A DNA stretch of 64,000 bases, from NCBI GenBank assembly GCA_964106645.2, contig OZ067042.1; one strand, given 5' to 3'. A model generated the notes under the pieces. That model was not told where the DNA came from, ran no database searches, and saw only the letters and a list, made by a program, of their open reading frames with translations. Each line of letters begins with the position of its first letter. Position 1 is the first letter of the stretch. This DNA is from Podarcis pityusensis. Taxonomy: Eukaryota. The position numbers and the translations under genes were made by a program. Below, one piece after another: positions 37,363 through 48,116 of the stretch.

Positions 37363-39564
37363 GTAAGAGAGGCACAGCGGTGTCTTGAATTTGTTGTTTA
37401 GAAGTGTGGAAAGAAAGATGATGCTCTTCCTGTAAAGTTTGGACAGCTCATTTTGCTCATCACTGGTGTGTCCTTGGTGTTCACCTGAACGTGTCATTTT
37501 TTCCCTTTGGCATTGTTTTGGTAATTGTTCTAAATCTACTTGAACACCCCACCCCTGCTGGTGAAGAAGGTTGTTCTTTCACTCGGCGATTTTTAAGCAC
37601 ATGATGATTCTGAGAGTCTTGTACAATGTGGACTAGTTGCATTGCTTCCATAATACATCCCAGGAGGACAAAGGCAAATGGAGAGACCCTCTGATTCTTC
37701 TGAGGAAAAGAGGGAGGTTGTGATTGCCTACATATTTACTTGAAAGCAAGTCTCACAGCTATCATTGGGATTCACTCTTAAGTAAATGTGGTAAAGATCA
37801 AAGTGGTAGATGGATTGAAATCTGAGCATCCTTTTGTTGCAATTGTGAATAGGAGAAATAACACATTAATAAGGGCTTGAAGAAGAGGAGGAGGAAGGAG
37901 GAGGAGAGGGAAGTGTGTGAGATCTCAGGCAATATAAGTAGCTTCCAGTTTTTTACTTCTGAATGAGTGTGCTCTAGCTGCTGTTGTCTTGGTTACCCCA
38001 TAAATGTCAGCTTTTGAAGTAGGAGGATCTAGTTTTAGGAAATGACATATTTTATGTGTATATGTGGTACACTGGTATTGGTAGCTGTAGCTCAGAACTG
38101 ATTACTATGATAATATTTCCTTATGTTGAAAAATGATCATTCTGGGTTGTTTGTATGTAGATTAGCGGATTCTCTTGCAAAGTCAGAAGAGGATGAAGAT
38201 TGAATTGCCTGTATCTGGCCTGCTATAGCTGCCCAACCCACAAACCAGTTAAGCCAGAGTATATTAGGAATGGGACCAACGTGACTCAAATCCAAGCATT
38301 CCTGGTTAATGGGTTTTTGAATTTAGCCACAAATTCTTGTTTTAGGAAGCATTCCCATCTGTTTTCTTGAGCCGGTATAAAATATTGTCATATTCAATGC
38401 TAAAACTGAAAGAAGAGTGATGCTTCAATAGCCACAGTTGTGTTGTTCTTTTAGATCTTTTTCAGGTGTGTTGCTTCATCCTGCATGCCATAAGATTTGT
38501 ATCATTTTCAGTTTGACAAATGAGAAACACTGTACAAGGACTGTGGGTTCCAGATTGTTTTGGAAAACACTTCATTTATAAATTGTTATAAATGGAAATG
38601 TGATTTTCTTCTCATCACCTGATAACACTATTTCATGTCCTCAGTATTGTTAGCAATAGTTTTTTTGCCCAATTCTGCAGATGATGGCCAAGAAGACATA
38701 CAGCCACAGCACAGACTGAGTCAGACAGAAATTCAGGGCAGACAATTGCTGTGTTTAAAATTAGATGTGTAAGGAGGGGGCAGCCGAATCTTACAGAGAG
38801 TCCCATCATTCCCTATCAACGCAAATGTGAAAGCACAGACGATGCTGCAGTAGTTGGTATTCAATTGTAAACTGCCAAGAAGGGTTTATCTTAAGAACAA
38901 GGCTGTCAGCCGGAAATTTCTCACTGGCACTAACTTAAACAAAATTCAAGATTTGTAGGCAGAGTAAGCACATCCTCATAATTTGTTACAGATAGTTTAA
39001 GCCATGATATCAAATATTAAAGAATCACCTGATTCCACTTTGTTTCATATGGCATGCTTGGTTTTGGTTTTCACACCCCACCCCATTTTAACTGGGTTTG
39101 GTTGCTATGCTGTCACTCCTGCTGACAAAACAAACAAAATGGTTCTTGCGTAGTCTAAATACTATAATGATTGAAATTATTGAAATGGAGAGTTAACTAG
39201 GCTTTGCCGTTTGTCCTTAAAAAAACCAACACACACACAAAAAAACCCCCCATCCTGCCAAGTAACTGCCAGGGACAATATGTGCTTTTCCTGTATTTTT
39301 GAAAGAAGATTGCCTCAGGTCCTACATTTACATGCAGAATAAACAAGCTTGATTAGATTTGACAGGTTCCTGTAAAATGCTTTGGAGGCACAGCAGCACA
39401 AAAAGTATGAATGTCACACTGTTTTGTTACATTTTGGGGACGTATATTTTAACTGAAGATTCATTTCACTTTAACCCCTTTCCCTAACAATCTTTCCAAT
39501 TGGGAGAGATGCAGAAGAACTCATGGTTTGGCAGCCTCTGGATCCCTGTTATCTTTAAAAGAAG

Positions 39565-39740
39565 GTAGCCATGTGGATCTGACGTAGTCTAAATAAATAA
39601 ACAAATGAATGAATGAATGAATGAATGTCCAGTAGCACTTTAGCTTTTGTGTGCATACACACTTCTTCAGATACTTCTTCTTAGTTGGTCTCTAAGGTGC
39701 TCCTGGACAATATTTTTATTATTTTATTTATTTTGATCCA
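39565..39740 (-). mobile_element. Penelope-like remnant, degenerate
   Basis: Same family as the 26.1-kb copy; TSD taaaagaag; hammerhead core damaged (GAAA to AAAA). Confidence 0.65.
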
Positions 39741-40555
39741 TAAAAGAAGATATTATTGTTCCTCTGCAGATGACCTCACCATAACTCGGTAGCCATTATT
39801 GGCTTTTCTTTTGCGCTTACCATTGTGAATGCTGAAAGAGTTCCATGCCTATAAAAGCTATATGTAGTGGCCAAAAAATGGAGACACTACAGTCCTTTCA
39901 ATCTTCAAGATGAAAACATAGCACCACCTTTCCCAGTTGAGTCTTTTTCGCTCATTCCTATTCCAGTGTATCTGAAATACTTGAGAGAGGGCCAGCCACT
40001 GCCTGATCCATGATTTTGTAGTAGCCCAAACCGTTAAAGATCATCCAGTTTTGGTGGCATGTTGATAATAATGAATGCCATTTGGTGACTGGGTGATTTT
40101 CAGCTTATCGTTAGTACAACTGATGTTTCAGAGCAATTTGCTTATTTGAATCCTAACCATAGCATGCCTATGCTGTACATTCTTCTTGTAAATTAGGGTT
40201 TATTTCAGCTTTACTCAGGAGAAGCATATTACGTTTCCTAGATCTGGGTCTTAAGGGAGGTTAGTAGGGGCATTTGCTTGAGCCCCTCTGCTAAATTTTA
40301 ACACAGGGATGGGGAACCTGTAGCTTTCCACTTGTTACTGGATTACAACTATCATAATCCTTGACAATTGCACTCGCTGGTTGGGACTGACGGGAGCTGC
40401 AGTCCAACAACATCTGGAGGGCCACACGTTCATACCTGCTGTAGCCAAAGGGAAGTAAGCTGGGTATGCTAGGAAACATCTTAACAGGAATAGGCCAGAT
40501 TGTGTCATGTGATGCTGCTCAACCTGTGTAAAAAGTTATGGATTAGACTTGCTTA

Positions 40556-40911
40556 AAGGTAAAGGTAAAGGGACTCCTGACCATTAGGTCCAGTTGTGAC
40601 CGACTCTGGGGTTGCGGCACTCATCCCACTTCATTGGCTGAGGGAGCCGGCGTACAGCTTCCGGGTCATGTGGCCAGCATGAGTAAGCCGCTTCTGGCGA
40701 ACCAGAGCAGCGCACGGAAATGCCGTTTACCTTCCCGCCGAAGCGGTCCCTATTTATCTACTTGCACTTTGACATGCTTTCGAACTGCTAGGTGGGCAGG
40801 AGCTGGGACCGAGCAACGGGAGCTCACCTTGTCGCAGAGATTCAAATTACCGACCTTCCGATCGGCAAGTCCTAGGCTCTGTGGTTTAACCCACAACGCC
40901 ACCCTCGCCCC
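40556..40911 (-). mobile_element. Sauria SINE, full length
   Basis: Same consensus as the 14161 copy, with an (ACCTTT)n tail. Confidence 0.92.
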
Positions 40912-41156
40912 TTACCAATTGGTAAATACCTGTTTTGCGTGAATGACCACTTGTGTGTCTGGCATGGCTTTTCCTTTTCCGGGTCCTGTTGGATTGGATC
41001 CAGTAACAGTCTGCCTTGCTGCACTACATGCTTGATAGAAAGGCTGAGCCCATACAGAATATTAACGTACCATGTCATTCTTCTTCTACACATCTGCACA
41101 TGTAGTCAAAGTAGACTCATCACTTGGCAGGTTGATACAGATGACCAGACAGCTTA

Positions 41157-41512
41157 AAAGGTAAAGGTAAAGGGACCCCTGACCATTAGGTCCAGTCGTG
41201 ACAGACTCTGGGGTTGTGGCGCTCAGCTCGCTTTATTGGCCGAGGGAGCTGGCGTACAGCTTCCAGGTCATGTGGCCAGCATGACTAAGCCGCTTCTGGT
41301 GAACCAGAGCAGCACACGGAAACACTGTTTACCTTCCTGCCGGAGCGGTCCCTATTTATCTACTTGCACTTTGACGTGCTTTCAAATTGCTAGGTTGGCA
41401 GGAGCAGGGACTGAGCAACGGGAGGTCACCCCGTCACGGGGATTCAAACCGCCGACCTTCTGATCAGCAAGCCCTAGGCTCTGTGGTTTAACCCACAGCG
41501 CCACCCTGGTCC
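41157..41512 (-). mobile_element. Sauria SINE, full length, 13-bp TSD
   Basis: Same consensus; flanked by accagacagctta on both sides. Confidence 0.94.
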
Positions 41513-41665
41513 ACCAGACAGCTTACTCCAATACAATTTGAACAGCTATATGGGCAGGAGTGGTGGTCCAGAAATTCACTTACCAGTTTACCATTGGCAA
41601 ATACATTTTTCTGTTCTGGTGAGATTCTGTCCATCTTCTTTCAAGTCACTAAGAGAGAGGAGGAA
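41411..41665. repeat. 255-bp direct duplication, left copy (right copy 44392-44646), flanking the Copia element
   Basis: ctgagcaacggg...gaggaggaa is identical on both sides of the element; consists of part of a SINE plus unique DNA. Confidence 0.95.
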
Positions 41666-42395
41666 TCTTGGATTGATTTATTGGTTTGGCGTGACCCCCG
41701 CTAATTGATTTACGATCCACAATTAGCTCTTTATGCCCGGCGCGCTTCCTCCGAGCTGCGCCACTCAGCTCCGTCTTCAGTAGCTCTCCAGTCACGCCTC
41801 AGCAGAGTTGAACACAGCGGTGAAACTGTCACGTAGCTTCCACTTAGCTTCCGACAAACACACAGAGACCAGGTTTGTCTAATATCAGTTCTTTATTCCG
41901 ACTTTCCCCAGGAAATCTCCTGGGCTCACAGCAGCCATGACAAACTGCCACCTTCTCTCTCAGAGAACAGAGAGGAACAGAGAAAACGAAACTCCTCCCA
42001 GCTTCTAAAGCTGACGTCAGAATGCTGAGGCATCATGGGAACTTCTTAACCTGTTAAGTTCCAAACCCAACACCCCCTCTTGCCGAACCATTCTGACAAG
42101 ACCCTTTTTGAGTTCAACACCTTTCCCTTTGCCTTGTGCCCCTTCCCGGCATCTTTCCCAGGCACCTGTTGAACCCCTTCAACACTCCCAGAATCACACT
42201 GTGCGACACTTTTCCACGCACTTGTGACCTGATACCCTACTGACCCATTTGGGCCAGCAGTTGTGTCTTCTCCGTCAGATCCTTCCCCCTCTGACTTGAC
42301 ACCCTGTTTGTGAGCTTTCTCCATTACGCTAACCGGAGATGAAGCCTCACACCTGGACACTCCTTTCACAACCTTTGGAGATGCCCAGACCTGCC

Positions 42396-42471
42396 CTGAA
42401 CCCTGATCTTGGACCTGGTCCCCATCACCGGGTTCTGAACCCTGATCTTGGACCTGGTCCCCATCACCGGG
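42396..42471. repeat. 39-bp tandem repeat (two copies) inside the Copia element
   Basis: ctgaaccctgatcttggacctggtccccatcaccggg at 42396 and 42435; encodes PGDGDQVQDQGS twice on the minus strand. Confidence 0.9.
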
Positions 42472-42502
42472 ATCAGCCTCTGCCTCCCTTTCCTCCTCAG
42501 AA

Positions 42503-43606
42503 TCAGACAGACATTCTGAGAGAAAAATAAGAACTATCCCTGAGTCTTGAACACTCACCCTGTTCACAGAACTCAGCCTGCTTACTGACCAGCAGCTTGG
42601 TTTGATCACCCTCTGGGTATGCAAACTTCCACCCATTGGTTGCAGGATCATATCCACAGAAGATCATGTCCTCAACCTTTGGACCACCTGCCTCAAAGAG
42701 CTCAAAGGGCTCTTTGGCTACCCTCCCAAACCCGGGAAAACCATGTACCTGTGCACCCTTGCATGCCCTGCACCCTAGGGACCTCCCACATTTCCGGAGT
42801 TTGTACCCTTTTGTGCACCTGTGCAGCTTTTGCACATGACTGGGAACCTTAGCACACTGCGCCTGTGCTTTTCCAGCATTCCCACCACCCTCCAGAGGTG
42901 ACTCCAGAACAAAGAGATTGTTCTGCCCCCTTTTCACGTTGGCCACTTGTTTCCCCCCAACGTAGACCTCTAGCTCCTCCTGTAAAGGAGAAAAAAACAT
43001 GTTAGCCACAGCAGAAACCGACTTTCTCATTCCGTCTGCTAACATCACAGTTGTTCCTGTTGAAACAGCCCTGCAGTTCCGCATTTCGCCAGCAGGCTCG
43101 CTTAGCAGGTGCTGACCAACAGCAGTATTCAAAACCCAGCGCGTCACCGTGTCCTGGCTGGAGTTGTTCTTCACAGTTGCCATAGAAGCAGTGATAAGAA
43201 AACAACCCTCCCCAGTGTCTGAGCCACGTCTTTCCCTTGCGTTCCCACGCTGGCCTCCTCTCCGAGACTGGTTCCCATGAGAACTCAGCTGGTTGACCTT
43301 GGGACCTTCCTGCCCAGCTGTCTCCGCTTTCCATGGGCAGCAACGACGAACTCCAGTGGAAAAACACTGCCCGGGGCTCCTCCCAGCCGGCCTCCTTCTC
43401 CTTCTTCCGGAAAAACACTCCTTGCCAGCTCCGCCCCCTCTGGCCTGGCTCCCACTGCGGCTTTCTGGGAACCTGCTTTGTTCACATTCCACTCCAGCAC
43501 GCACAGTGGAAAACTTTTCAAAGTGGCCTTTGGAATCCTTCGCCCCCCCGACCTGCTCACCAGCACTCCTTGAGGCTAAAGCATCAGGAACAGGGGCTCC
43601 AGCCAT
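42503..43606 (-). pseudogene. Degenerate Copia gag-pol remnant ORF (367 aa)
   Basis: RWVLNTAVGQHL (cf. WxLDSGAxxHM), VMLADG, GQNNLFVL, CRAC...RVAKEPFELF (cf. CxxC...RAxxPLELIH), MIFCGYDPATNGWKF...SKQAEFCE (cf. IFxGY...GYR...SRDVxFDE). No integrase DDE core and no RT motif visible. Confidence 0.75.
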
Positions 43607-45948
43607 CTCCAGGCTTTTCTCAATACTTCTCCAGGGCTCTGGCCTCCTGCTGAAGCTTCACAGCACATCCCAGCACAGCCCTTGCTGACTTTACGCCCTT
43701 GCCCAACTTCTTAGAGTGAGCTGTTGAAACGCAATGTCCTCCAAGACCTGGCTGCCTGCCATTGTCTTCCGTTCTCCCAAGGGGCCCCAAGCTGTACTCA
43801 CAGATTACAAGCTCTTCCGGCACCCATCCGTGGAGAAACGATTTTCCAGCTGCTCTGAGCTCCGCAGCTCTCCTTTGCCTCTTAACACCAGGCAAAAACT
43901 CCTGCCAGCGACTTCAAACGCATTCCGGCACTTCAAAGCGTTCCTGTGACAGTTTTTACGATCGGTGATTAAGGGTCCATAACCTCTTGGATTGATTTAT
44001 TGGTTTGGCGTGACCCCCGCTAATTGATTTACGATCCACAATTAGCTCTTTATGCCCGGCGCGCTTCCTCCGAGCTGCGCCACTCAGCTCCGTCTTCAGT
44101 AGCTCTCCAGTCACGCCTCAGCAGAGTTGAACACAGCGGTGAAACTGTCACGTAGCTTCCACTTAGCTTCCGACAAACACACAGAGACCAGGTTTGTCTA
44201 ATATCAGTTCTTTATTCCGACTTTCCCCAGGAAATCTCCTGGGCTCACAGCAGCCATGACAAACTGCCACCTTCTCTCTCAGAGAACAGAGAGGAACAGA
44301 GAAAACGAAACTCCTCCCAGCTTCTAAAGCTGACGTCAGAATGCTGAGGCATCATGGGAACTTCTTAACCTGTTAAGTTCCAAACCCAACACTGAGCAAC
44401 GGGAGGTCACCCCGTCACGGGGATTCAAACCGCCGACCTTCTGATCAGCAAGCCCTAGGCTCTGTGGTTTAACCCACAGCGCCACCCTGGTCCACCAGAC
44501 AGCTTACTCCAATACAATTTGAACAGCTATATGGGCAGGAGTGGTGGTCCAGAAATTCACTTACCAGTTTACCATTGGCAAATACATTTTTCTGTTCTGG
44601 TGAGATTCTGTCCATCTTCTTTCAAGTCACTAAGAGAGAGGAGGAATCTTCCAGACCCTTGTACTCATCCTGAGAGTGAGAGTCCTGGCTTTTCTCCAGG
44701 CTTGGGAGAAGGGCAAGGAATGTCATCAACTCAGTCTGAGTCTCTCTGTAACTCAGGGAAAATAGGGACAACAATCCTTGCTCCAGCTCAGATCTGGGAA
44801 GGAGGATGGGGCTTGTCTCTGCAGACACGTTGGGTCTTGAGGATCCTCAGAACACCTCCAACTCAGTTCTTTATTTCCCTCTCCTCTAAGTAGGGTAAGG
44901 ATGATGGGGAGTACAAATTTTGGGTGAACCTATGTGTAAGGGTTCTCTTACTCCTCCTGCTGAATGTCCAGATGCGAGTAAACATTTTCTGGCTCTTGTT
45001 GTCACTTTGAACATGGATAAAGAGAGAATGCAATGCATGCCACCAGATCTGTCATTCATGAACAAGAGGTTAAGATTTTATTTTATTAGGAGGATGTTAC
45101 TGAGAGATTATTGTGCAGATAAAAATAGAAAGCTTTGCAGTCTCGTGATTAATAAAGGTCTTGTATCAATACCACTAGTCAGCTGGGCCCACTTGTGCTG
45201 ATGCCCTTTCCAGGCTCTCTGCACTTAACAGCTTAGTATGAAGGCAAAAACTTAAATTTCCCACAATGCTCCACAGTGATATTCCACCTGTGGCATTATG
45301 GGAAAATAAAATAGTGACTCCCAGCCAGTGGTGATCAAAGCACTTTGGCTGCTGCTACACCTGTCTGTCGCTACCCATACCAGATAAGCACGTGAGACCC
45401 ACAAAAGTAGGAGGGGAGCTGTTGGAAGGCACTGCTGAGGACCCTCTTAAACCTGGAGCAAGACCTCTTATTTCCCTTTTAAAAATTCTTTCTCTAGCAC
45501 CTGCAAGCTCTGGTACAGAATAACAGAATCAGTTTATGCTAGATAAACCAGTAATTGAGTATCCTGCGGGAGAAGGCTGACTATATCTACCAAAACCTGA
45601 ATCACTCCAGGCCTGACTATGAGGCAGGCTGAGTTATGGAAACCACTTTTGGCTCAAATGTGCAGTGATGTCTGAGCCATCAAATTCCAAAGATAAGAAG
45701 AAATGCTAGAGTGATACATATATTAATCTATTTAGGGGTGGGGTTTTTTTGTTTTTGTTTTGTTTTGGTTCCCCCTCTCTTTGCCTGCAATTCCACTCTG
45801 TTAAAAGTAGTGTATATAAAAAATGGTGCCTAGACATTCTGTTGTGGTGACCATAGCCTATGTTTAAGGTGCCATTTGGCAAGTAGCTTATATATCTGAG
45901 TTTCTAAGACTGGGAGTGTGTGCTATTCTCCCATATAGAAAGCTAGAT

Positions 45949-46285
45949 GTTGTTGTTGTTGTTTAGTCATTTAGTCGTGTCCGACTCTTCGTGACCTCAT
46001 GGACCAGAGCACGCCAGGCACTCCTGTCTTCCACTGCCTCCCACAGTTTGGTCAAACTCATGGTAGCTTTGCGAACACTATCCAACCATCTCGTCCTCTG
46101 TCCCCTTCTCCTTGTGCCCTCCATCTTTCCCAACATCAGGGTCTTTTCCAGGGAGTCTTCTCTTCTTGTGAGGTGGCCAAAGTATTGGAGCCTTAGCTTC
46201 ACGATCTGTCCTTCCAATGAGCACTCAGGGCTGATTTCCTTAAGAATGGAGAGGTTTGATCTTCTTGCAGTCCATGGGACTCTCA
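45949..46285 (-). mobile_element. BovB (RTE) LINE, 5'-truncated 3' fragment
   Basis: ORF RVPWTARRSNLSILKEISPECSLEG...LEKTLMLGK...VTKSRTRLND is the BovB ORF C-terminus; (CAA)n tail; 12-bp TSD agaaagctagat (45937-45948 and 46286-46297). Confidence 0.95.
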
Positions 46286-47527
46286 AGAAAGCTAGATACA
46301 GATATATTAATGAATGGCAGGGACTCTTTTAATGGTACAATGTGTCTGTGTTTATGTTTTTAAATGAAAGTCACTCAGAGACCTTTGGAAGAGCGACACT
46401 ATCATTCATTCTGTAAAAATGTGAGGAAGAAGGGAAAAAATACAGGATGGGGATAAGAGAAAGCAGGGATCAGCAGACAATTAGACAACTGTTTCTATAT
46501 CAGGAGGTGATACATAAGTCATCAACAGAAAGAGGGGGGAAGTCCCAAATATATGAGTAAACATGCATAAGATTTGCCTCTGATAGAGGTTGTCTTTGTT
46601 CAAAATGAATGTATTACATATTTGGATTTTACAAGTAGAACAGCTTTTCATATTTGCTGTCTGAACTACTCGAACATTAACTTTTTTGTTTTACTTTTGT
46701 TCAAACATACTACAGTGTTGGACTCTGCAGCTTGAGATAAGCTATACAACTGGCTGGTTATCGGAATTAAAAGTTTTTAGCCTTTATAAACAGACCAGAG
46801 TAAATGTACAAATCTCAGATCCTGATAATACCCAATTAACAACTTTGCTTTGCTTGCTTTCCTTCTGTTTAAACATGTTCAGGATTCGGATCAACAGCTT
46901 ATTAAGATAAGGCTTGCAGGGAGTAAGTTGCCAAAATTAAAAGTTTTTAATTTATAAACTAGTTTTTATAGAACAAATAAACCCATTTAGCACTGAGCAC
47001 TAGTGTTCTCCTCTAGTTGCAAAAGGAGAACATTGGGGCTAAATGATCAAGGTAAAGTGTAGATGTATCTTCATAGAATCATAGAATTGTAGAGTTGGAA
47101 AGGATCTTGAGGGTCATCTAAACCCACCGTATGCAATGCAAGAATCTCAACATGCAGGTATCCATTAAATTTGAAACCACAGGGGATGCTGCTTAGCTTT
47201 GCAAATGTGCTAGCAGTTTCATTGTTTCACTTGCAAGCAAACACAATATGGGAGCCTGTTCCAATATATTTACTGCTTAAATGATGCAGAAGTTAAGGTG
47301 GGAGCCTTAACTTTCTATTTTCCTGCTTTTGGGTGCATGAGTGAATTGGTAACAGCTTTAGTTGTTTTTAAAATCAAAGGTTTTTGGATGCTAGGATTCT
47401 CTCCGGAACCTTGGTTTCATAAACATGCTTGTTCTCCTCCTTTTTTTCAGGGGGAGACCAATTAAATCAGGAGAAGCTGGAAATGCTAACAATTTATTAA
47501 ATAATAGGCTAAAGCTCTTTCTATGTA

Positions 47528-48116
47528 CCGTATTTTTCGTCGCATAGGACGCTCCGTCCCATAGGACGCACCTAGTTTTTTTGGGGGGAAATAAAGGAAT
47601 TTCCCCCCCTTTATTTCCCCCCCAAAACCAGCTCGGGGAAACCGAACCAGGTCGAGGAACAGCGGGATGGTGGCGCTGCACCTCCTTGCTGTCCCCCGAG
47701 CTTGTGGGGCTGGCCGATGTCTGTCCGGCGGGCGGGGCGCTCTGCTTCAGGGCGCCCCTCGCGCCGGGTGGCAGGCTGCTATCCGCAGCGTGGGGAGCCC
47801 TGCGGGGAACTCCCGCATGGCTCCAACATGCTGCGGATGTCTGCCCGGCGCGAGGGGCGCTCTGCTTCAGGGCGCTTCTTGCGCCGGGCGGCAGGCTGCT
47901 ATCCGCAGCGTGGGGAGCCCTGCGGGGAACTCCCGCAGGGCTGCCTAGGCTGTGGATGTGTTCCTGAAACCTGGAGAGCGAGAGGGGTCGGTGTGCACCG
48001 ACCCCTCTCGCTCTCCAAGCTTCAGCGAAAGCCTGCATTCGCCCCATAGGACACACCCAGATTTCCCCTTCATTTTTGGAGGGGAAAAAGTGCGTCCTAT
48101 AGGGCGAAAAATACAG
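47528..48116. mobile_element. GC-rich Tc1/mariner (pogo/Tc2-like) MITE
   Basis: TA|CCGTATTTTTCG...CGAAAAATACAG|TA; internal 120-bp tandem duplication and hairpins; source of the spurious ORFs at 47.4-48.1 kb. Confidence 0.85.

Larger units (their letters stand above)
41666..44391 (-). mobile_element. Non-autonomous Ty1/Copia LTR retrotransposon, 2726 bp, very young
   Basis: Two 407-bp LTRs (43985-44391 and 41666-42072), identical by eye, with termini TGTTGG...CCAAGA. Copia-type PBS GGTTATGGACCC follows the 5' LTR and PPT AAGAGGGGG (42081-42073) precedes the 3' LTR. The interior has degenerate gag, protease, pre-integrase and SH3-like motifs in Copia order. Confidence 0.93.

Noticed and set aside
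44519-45201. ORFs duplicated at 56695-57377 that look like a conserved gene pair
   Set aside because: They begin at TTG/GTG and are simply carried by the recent inverted duplication; several of the few substitutions change amino acids.
47391-48056. 221-aa ORF with an internal repeat
   Set aside because: Reads through a GC-rich MITE and its 120-bp duplication.
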